A stretch of 42,564 bases of DNA, from contig JALDZX010000101.1 in assembly GCA_022813865.1 (NCBI GenBank), forward strand, positions 1 through 42,564, given 5' to 3'. The notes beneath the pieces were generated by a model, which searched no databases, was not told the origin of the DNA, and saw only the letters and a program-made list of their open reading frames with translations. Below are positions 12,350-20,355 of the stretch, piece by piece. The translations under genes were made by a program, and so were the position numbers. Each line of letters begins with the position of its first letter. Position 1 is the first letter of the stretch. This DNA comes from Xylographa opegraphella (taxonomy: Eukaryota).

Positions 12350-12663
12350 GCAGGTAATGTGGCAGCGAGTCGAGTGCCGAAGTCCTCACTGGTCCATCGG
12401 CCGTTATGACCATTCCGCTTTGGCGTAATGAAGATAATCCAGAGATTGAGTGGAAGAAGAATGAGAAAACTCGGATTGTGTGCCATCGGCACTGCGGATA
12501 ATCCGATGGCCGTGCACAGCCTTACAAGAATGTACTTTGGTGCGTGACTAACTAATTACCAATCATCTAGCAATTAATTCCTATTATCCGTCCTCCGCAT
12601 CCTCCGTAACGTACAACAACTCCCCCCCAATGTCGACCGTTTGACAGCTTACAGCCTCCAACC

Positions 12664-13824
12664 ATGGCGTTGCAACCCGCCCGCGACGTTCCTCTCCTGA
12701 TTCGCTCTGTGAACGCTTCCTCAGAGCGACGCATCAGCCCTTCATGGAGCGTAGCACAACTCAGGGCGAAGCTGGAGCCGATCACTGGTGTTCCTCCCTC
12801 GTGTCAGAAATTGACACTAATGGTGCCTGGCCGCGATGAGATCGTGATCGAGGCGCAGGATGAGGAGGTGACGCAAGTCGCCCACTGGAACCTGCAGGCT
12901 TACGCGGAGATCCATGTACGTCCCACGAGCAATTGTTTCTGCTGTTGGATGTCGAGTGGTGGTTGAAATACGTCCGACCGTCGAGTCGCTTAGCTGTGCT
13001 GCGTTTCAGAAGACATAGCCTTAAGTTCAAGAATGGCTTTGGGAATCTCCCGATATTGCTACTTGTCAACTGCAAACTGATCGCGTATCTGTGCGCGCTG
13101 TCACTCCTTTCTGTCTGAAATGTGGAAATGAATGTGAGCTTCACCTGCGCTTCTCTGGCGCGATTCGATCAGCAGAAGCTATCCCAGATGCTCCTGAGTC
13201 ATGCTACAGCATTCCATGCTTTGTAACCTTCGCCACCAAACATCCCGTCGATTTCTGTATGGCTCACAGTCTGTCCGGCGTCGTGATGCCTGGCTATAAT
13301 CGCCATGATAAATCGCCTCCTAACCGTCGTCGGCACAGGTGAAAGATCTCCGGCCTCCATCCGCCTTGACAAATCTCACAGACACATCGGCCGTCCCAAA
13401 GTACACCATGCCTGCATCAACATATGCCCGCCTACCAGCCACCGTCCTAGCGTGGAAGAAGTCTCAGAAGCTCGGTCGTTTCGATCCTTCCTTACCGGAG
13501 CACGAAGCGCAGAAGATCCAAAGTCTCTGGGATGAGATTGGTACTCGAGGTATCAGACCTGGGCGTCGATGCCGCCTAGGCAGCGAGGACACGCGGAGAG
13601 GCACAGTCGCTTTTGTCGGCGAGGTAGAGGAGATCCCTGGCAAGGGGCCATGGATAGGTGTGGAACTGGATGAGCCGGTAGGTAAGAACGATGGGAGCGT
13701 GGGTGGAAAGAGGTATTTCGGCTGTGGTGAGCGACGAGGTGTGTTTGTGAGACCGGAGAGGGTGGAAATTGGGGACTGCGGTCTTTTGATGGAGGAAGTG
13801 GACGAGGACCTGGAAGAGTTGTGA
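12664..13824 (+). CDS. TBCB: Tubulin-folding cofactor B (Alf1/Alp11 family); exons 12664-12915, 13339-13824
   Basis: N-terminal ubiquitin-like 'SERRISPSWSVAQLRAKLEPITGVPP', 'TVLAWKKSQKLGRFDP', CAP-Gly 'WIGVELDEPVGKNDGSVGGKRYF...GVFVRPERV'. Intron 12916-13338 (GTACGT...CCTAAC...CAG), phase 0. Confidence 0.95.
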
Positions 13825-14365
13825 TGCGATCGCGGTTCCTTAGATGCCACGGTCTGCGTGCACAACCCGTCCCAGCTACAGCGACAGTCGGACACCACTA
13901 TACCCTTCAAGGAAATATATATTATGTACCTTTTCTACACGCGTGAATATCAAAGTCTGATACGCCAGTCTGCTACACGACCGGCTTGCCTTGGAAGGAA
14001 CCTAACGCGGTGGCTTGAGATACAGATTCGGTAGATTAGCTGCTGTGTATACGGAGGCACTTCGAGCTGCCTCCGCCCATATACAGCTGCTGTCCTACAA
14101 CAGAGTGCTTCATCTTCCTGCTTCAGGTGCTGCGTGCACACCATCACACGGCTGTACACTCCTGCACTCAAAACCACTGCAAGCCCAGAGCAGGAGACGT
14201 AGATGCACCGAATTCCGAATTCCAGCGGGATTCTGGCAACAGTCAAGTGACTTTGTAAAGCTACAGAAGCATGGCGAATATGATGGCGATGAGTTTGGAT
14301 GTCCGTCTGGAGACCTGTAGCCGTCATGATACATTGTGAAGTCTCCAACGGAATCATGAATCCAG

Positions 14366-15270
14366 TCATACCCTCTCCGATCGTGGAGAAACTGCAACCG
14401 CCCACCAATTGTCTTTCTCGTACCCAGACTGTATCACAAAGCCTCCTGCTTCTGTGATATCGTGCTCGAGCTCTCCTTGACGATAAAGGTGGTAGTACCG
14501 GTTGAAGGTTTGAGCTTTTGGTGTTCCATCGGAATGAGTTCCCTTCCTCACCCAGGGGACCATGATATCTTGATCATCGCCTACGCCCCAACCTCTACGA
14601 CTATCTCTCTGTTCGAGTGCCCAGACGAAGATCAGGGCTCTCCCACCGTCGATGATACAATTCCCGGAACGACAAAGCGGAAGCGAGGTACAACGAAGGG
14701 TGAGAAGAACAGAGTTTATTGCCTGAACTCGTCTGACGTTTGTGGATAAATGATGAATCACCGCAATAGAGATTGCAAAGTCCAACGTGGAGTTGCGATG
14801 TGGTAATGAAAGGCTATTGGCTATAAGAGCGTTGCGCTGACCATCGCGGGATGCAATTTTGACAAGATTCTCCGATCTGATAATTCGTAAGAACGATCGT
14901 TATAGGCAAGTTGTAAGAAAGTACGCGGCCAATATTGATGCATACCTATCCGATGCCAGAACGAGAATATTAGGGTTGACAGCCAGATACTTGCCATTTC
15001 CGCAGCCTACATCAATGCCAACGGAGCCATCAGGAAGAGCTTTAAGGAATTGCTCTACGATTGGCCAGGGCTGAGGACGAATCAGTTAGTATGGGGAAAG
15101 GGCAGAGCGAACTTGCGTTCGAGAGTGCCGCAACAAGATTGAAAGAGTCACACCTTGTATCGCGTGGAGGAGAAATGTGAGGCGATCTGATCGTAGACTT
15201 CGTGGACATGCTGCTCTTCGTAAACGCTGGCTTGCTTTGACTCCACGTCACGTTGACCGACGTCTGCCAT
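14366..15270 (-). CDS. TRM9: Trm9/ALKBH8-type tRNA wobble-uridine methyltransferase; exons 15270 (or ATG 15339)-15154, 15070-14946, 14876-14366
   Basis: 'EEQHVHEVYDQIASHFSSTRYK|PWPIV', SAM motif 'DVGCGNGKY', 'DFAISIAVIHHLST', 'VWALEQ', 'RYYHLY', 'GYEKDNWW'. Two canonical introns. Confidence 0.92.
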
Positions 15271-16460
15271 GACGGTTTTCGGACAGAAGTCACGACAATG
15301 GACATCGTCTGAGGTTGAGCGCGAGCTCTCGACTCGCATCTCCTATCCTACCTAGTGCCAAGCTCAAGCTTGATTGCATAAGGTAGGTAAGGTACCTACT
15401 AGTTCTACCTTACAACTAGTGGACGATCTAGCGCTTGTATCATTGCGGAGTCCGAAGGTACTAGCGTCGGCCTAGTGGTAAGGAGAGTAGGTAGTACAGG
15501 TACGGTACGTAACTGTTGCTCATTTCCAATGTACGTTGAAGACCTTGAGAATGACTGCAACCAGAAACATGTGGTCGATGTGGGTTTATTTCTATGATGA
15601 TTATTCTGAAGGTGCTGGTCCATGAAGGAGGGTTTCTAACTATTACAGTGAACTACCTAGGATACGCTCATCATGTGTAACTTCCCATTTCATTCTCTTC
15701 GACCTTCCCACGAGGCACACATAACTTATCTCATGCCCAACCTTGTGCGCCGGACCGCTCGCGACTACGGGCATATTCTCGAGCTTCGGGTCCTTTGTCG
15801 ATCTGTATACTGGACATTACCTTGAACTCAGGTACCCATGTTCTAAAGTTCAAACTGTCTTGTTATGCACTATTAGACTGCTTGATTGTGGATTATCTCC
15901 ACAAATGTCTCCGGCCACTCAGTGTGTTACACGCCTGCGGTTAAACGACCGATACTAATAATTTAATGCATCTTACTCTTAACAATTACGAGTATTTTGA
16001 CGGTTCTCTTGCAATCTTGGAGTCTTACTTGTCCCATGATTCCACACCCTAAGTGGCAGCCCTTGGGGCTCTCAGCTACTCTAAAGGTTGCAAGCGATAT
16101 TCCCCGGTTAGCCGAGTTGTGGAAGTGGTAGTACGTCGTGTTTCCATTGAAACCTAGCCGATTGCAAGGAATAACGTGCTCTTGTATTCTTTGTGTACTT
16201 CCCTTTGTACTATCGGATTAGCCGCTCGAGCCTGGATGTAGTGCTTTGACCTGTATGTAAACAGCGTCGAGACCATTATCATAACTCCGGATTCGGCTTG
16301 TCGATCCCACAATGAAGCTGTCAACATGCTGAAGCCTAAGGCTGACTGTGGCTTCGTCCGTCCATAGCTTCTTCGTTCTATTTCCTTGACAGGAGTATTC
16401 TATACGGACCACATCTTCCTCTCGTTTAGATTATTGGGATTCTTCCGAACAACTTGCATC

Positions 16461-18154
16461 ATGTCCTCATGGTCAAATTGTCCTTCGGCCGCTAGGCTGC
16501 AAAAAATCATTGACGAGAGACCTCTAGGTGGAAGAGCCGGCACGAAACCGAGCGAAAATGCTTTGAAGAACACGAGCGCAAAAGATCTCGAGAAAACAAC
16601 CGGAAACGCTATGAAGAAACGGAGCGTAAATGCCTTGAAGAAACGGAGCAGAAATGCTTTGGAGAACGGGAGCGGATATGCTTCGGAAGAAACGAGCAGA
16701 AATGTTTCGGGGAAAACGAGCGGCGATGCTTTGGAGAAGGAGACAGTGAAGCCAGCGGACCTGGACAACGACAACAACAGCTCGCAAGGAGTTTCTATCA
16801 CCAATGAGAGTGTAGATGCTAATGGAGGTGGTCCAAAGGGCGAGACGGAGGTCCAAAGACTCAGAAGACGAGCTGTATAGACACATTTGTTAAGGATGGG
16901 CAAATTCATTCTGACGGTCGGTTTCAGGGTTCCGCTATTGACAACGATTGGGTACTCCAGCGAGATGCTAACGGTCAAACCCTGAAACCGCTTACAGCCC
17001 GGGGAATGTACAATTCTCGGAACGTGTGCTACAGAAACTCAGTCCTGCAATGCCTTTTTCATGAGCCTACCTTCGCCCAGTGGTTACGATTTCACCATGC
17101 CCCCAATGCCTGTCTCATCGAGGGCTGTGTGGCATGTGCGATCGCTCGGCTGATACATTTGTACTGGTCTGCGGATTCCAAAGTCCTTCAACCATTTAAA
17201 AAGGAGCTCCGGGCTCTCCATCGCACCTTGAATAGCAGTAAGCATCAGCCCCACATGTGAATTTTGAAAGGAAGCCAAGTCCTAATACATCAGGTTAGAT
17301 GGTTGGCAAGGCTTCCATACACAAGAAGATGCGCATGATTTATATCTCTTCGTAGCTAGAAATATATGTCAGCAGGTCAATGGGTGAGTTGATTCCCCTC
17401 CAGATCCTCTGCACTCCCGTGGTTCTTGCGATCACGCATCAAGAGTCCGACTGACAGCTGGCCAAGAGAATATGCACTACTCTCTCATATATTTTCACTA
17501 CGCACTAGAAGGACCACCTACTTTCACTGCTGCTCACAGGTGTCGACGGGATATGACGAAGAATACAGCCTCGTAGTCAATGTGGAAAGGAAAAGGACGC
17601 GACCTCAGAAACTTCGTTCTTTGATCAAAGCGGCAATGAAGCTCGGGGTGGAGGAGATGCAATATCCTTCTTGTGATAGCGTAGTAACCGACCTGAAATG
17701 TAGAATCAACATCCAAGCCGCGCCTGAGGTACTCGTGGTCCTCCTTGCGCGCTTCGGCTGGGACGCATCAACGCAGCCGGTGGATAAGATCCACGGAATC
17801 GTGAAATTCGGACCGCGTCTGGACCTGAGTCGATACTATCTTCCAAATGAGCCGCTTCGCAAGCAGTCTCTTCGGTACCAACTCGTTGGAGTTGTCAGCC
17901 ATGCAGGCAACTTGACCGGCGGTCACTACACAGCGACTGTGAGGCAACCCGACAAGGGCCTTGGCTCCACATCACCGGCCGGTAAGAAGACCAAGCGCCA
18001 GAGCTCGTCAGACGCGGCCGACGCTTCCGCCGCTGAGAAGTGGAAATTAGCCCATGATACTCGGGTCACGGACTAGAGCTTGGCTGATGTCGAGCAGAAA
18101 ACGTCAGCCGAAGGGGTGTTCACACCGTACATGCTTTTCTACAAGAGATATTGA
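16461..18154 (+). pseudogene. Divergent USP (peptidase C19) deubiquitinase-like gene with one in-frame TAG at 18074-18076; exons ~16461-16874, 16928-17237, 17299-17383, 17467-18154; pseudogene or editing/readthrough-dependent gene
   Basis: Cys box 'GMYNSRNVCYRNSVLQCL', 'QEDAHD', 'APEVLVVLLARF', His box 'YQLVGVVSHAGNLTGGHYTATVR', 'WKLAHDTRV', then TAG, then the same frame continues to 'PYMLFYKRY' TGA 18152-18154. Confidence 0.8.
16551..16742 (+). repeat. Coding 24-bp minisatellite, 8 diverged units (8 aa each)
   Basis: Units such as agcgaaaatgctttgaagaacacg, agcgtaaatgccttgaagaaacgg, agcagaaatgctttggagaacggg; peptide consensus approx. S-x-N-A-L-E/K-K-x. Confidence 0.9.
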
Positions 18155-18649
18155 GCGGTGGGACGTTGCAAATCTTGTAGGACAACTTTGAACATGGGCG
18201 AAGGAAGAATGAGCTCTTTCAGAGCAAAAGGCTTTGATAGATGGAACAAAGTGATAACACGGATTTGTGCGTAATGTATCCGCCACGTTATCGTTTGGAT
18301 TGTACGACTCCTATTCCATTTAGATAGTCCGCATATCATTATTGTGATGGGTGATCCGCTGTGTCTGATATATGAACAAAGTCGAAAGTCGGAGCAGCGT
18401 GCCCATCCACCTCAGGACTGTATATAGCTTGTGATACGGTATTCTCAACACTTTCGGTGAGTAAACTAACACCAATATAGGCTGTTCCGATTTCGCCCTC
18501 GACAGGCTGTTGTGACAGTAACGACTAGTTTAGATGCTGCCCGAGCAAGGCATAAGCATAGCTTTTGGTGCACATGGCCGCTGGATCCGAGACATTTAAC
18601 ATGACTTCATTGCTTGACGTGGTAGCCATTGATAAAGAACGCTCATCAT

Positions 18650-19550
18650 GAGAAAAAGTAAGGGGAGGACCGCCTTTGAGACATCTCCGTCCCGAATTGG
18701 TGTGAGTGAGAGTCCCAGTGCAATCAAGTGGCAACGTTCTCTCCGTTGGTACTATGAGAAACCTCCTGTACGTGAATCCCAGAAGCGGAAGGCTCGTCAT
18801 ACGCGTCGGAATCAAGTATCCCGGTGAGACGTGTCTGTAACTAAGGATCGCTCCAGGCATAGGCGGTCAAGATCGTCAGCGGCAGTGATACAGTAAGAGA
18901 GCTTGGATTGTATGCTCAGAAAAACGGCAAGTGCTCTGTGCCGATCCATGGCGATCCACATGTATACTATACAGGACTTATCAGCACCCAACGACTGCCA
19001 TCACTGTGATGAAAGAGGCTCCTGACTGGCTGACATACGAACTCGGTGACCCTCATGTAGAATATGTAGTGTAGACCAAGCATTCAGAAGTCGGCGGCGG
19101 CGATGGTGGCAATTTCAGCTCCAAGAACAGGGCCCGTAATCATTATGAAGTCATCTGTATGCTCCTTGGCAGCTTTCGCAAGAAGTGAATTGATTCTGTC
19201 CTTGATATTATACCAAGATTTCCAGTAGCCATCCATGCACATTGCGCACATTGCATTTCTGAAAGCTATTGTTGTATTCGTATTGGTGACTTCGATAGGC
19301 GTGTAATTCGACGTTGGACATGTGACCATTGTTCCGGGTGAGTCGTTAGGTAGGCATATGTTACCATTCGATATCCATCCATACAACTAAACCCCTAGAA
19401 TAGCTTCTCAGTATTTCCTGTTTGCCCTTCCAATGGATCGTTGCTGCAGGAAATGATATGGTAGCACCTGTAGAGTGGTCGGCCAGTGGTGTAGCCATCA
19501 CGCCTACAGGAACGAAAAGACTCAGAAGCAAAGACCCGACTTTCCGTTCG
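18650..19550 (-). pseudogene. Degraded secreted class 3 (fungal triacylglycerol) lipase; boundaries approximate
   Basis: Fragments in different frames: signal-like 'VGSLLLSLFVPVGVMATPLA', 'DGYWKSW', nucleophile elbow decayed to 'ITGPVLGAEIATIAAADF*' (family consensus TGHSLGxAxAxLAA), 'YTCGSP' (YTYGSP), 'PGAILSYRHVSPGYLI' (GYRHxSPEYWI). Stops and frameshifts present. Confidence 0.8.
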
Positions 19551-19643
19551 CAGTATAGGGATATCCCTCGTAGGGTACGGAGGTATATTGTCCTTGGAGA
19601 TGACGGCAAACACATAGAGGACCGCGCAAAGTAGAACTTTGCA

Positions 19644-19664
19644 AAAGCTCAAAGCTCAAAGCTC
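19644..19664. repeat. (AAAGCTC)3 short tandem repeat
   Basis: Read directly. Confidence 0.75.
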
Positions 19665-19849
19665 AAGTATAGCATTGACCCTAGTGCTGAGAACCCAGCA
19701 CTGAACAAGGAACCATGAAGATATAATAATACACGCAGGCCTCGCACTCGCGGCCTCGGGCTTTTCAAGCTCGAAACCTCGGCAGAATTCAGATCATGGG
19801 TTTTAGGGTTTCCAGGGATCGCAGGGGCTCTAAGGCCGCAGACCTGCGT

Positions 19850-20090
19850 TATCGCGAATATTAAAATACGAAGGTCTTTACGCAACTTTTTACGCAGGCT
19901 TCTTTAACTTAGGTACGCAGCGTACGTAATTATATTGAAAAATTCGCAGCAAAATTCGCGTTTAACCCCCGCAAGGGTTTTCGTTAAATCGATTAAATAA
20001 CGATTAAAAATACAGTAAACAATATTAATAAAACGTTTAAAATTACGATAAGTAATAGTTATTATAAGTGTTTGTACAAAGTAAACTAAT
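19850..20090. repeat. AT-rich, TpA-rich/TpG-poor segment, probable RIP-mutated repeat remnant
   Basis: Abrupt compositional switch (e.g. gattaaataacgattaaaaatacagtaaacaatattaataaaacgtttaaaattacgataagtaatagttattataag) with CpG kept and TpG nearly absent. No element family or TIR recognised. Confidence 0.5.
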
Positions 20091-20355
20091 GTCACAGTTT
20101 CGGAACCCAGAGGTGCGGTTCGCGGAACGTAACACATATATAGTACGGAGTAAGGTAGTTCAGATAATCGATCGAGCGATCGATTATTGTGCCTTTTGGC
20201 TGGGATGCGGCGCGTGAAATAATCTGAAAACACGCGACCGTGACAACTAAGCTACTAGCTAGGACGTAGTTGTACCTTGGTTTATCGATAAGATATCTTA
20301 ACCAGTCTCAGCTTCTTCGCTAAGGCGACGCGCCGGCACGTCTCCCAGAAGTTGG

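Noticed and set aside
7400..12600. Telomerase RNA in the long non-coding stretches
   Set aside because: No TAACCCTAA-type template seen on either strand; only partial matches such as CTCTAACCTC.
10300..12660. Numerous 60-150 aa ORFs between the Myb-like gene and TBCB
   Set aside because: No recognisable motifs or coherent exon structure; best explained as a long regulatory region upstream of a transcription factor.
15340..15510. GGTAGGTAAGGTACC/CTAG-rich stretch (similar one at ~23820-23990) as a repeat array or CRISPR
   Set aside because: No fixed repeat unit or spacers; low-complexity motifs common in fungal intergenic DNA.
20189..20201. GCCTTTTGGCT resembling the U2 snRNA 5' stem
   Set aside because: The following AGATCAAGTGTAGTA branch-recognition sequence is absent.
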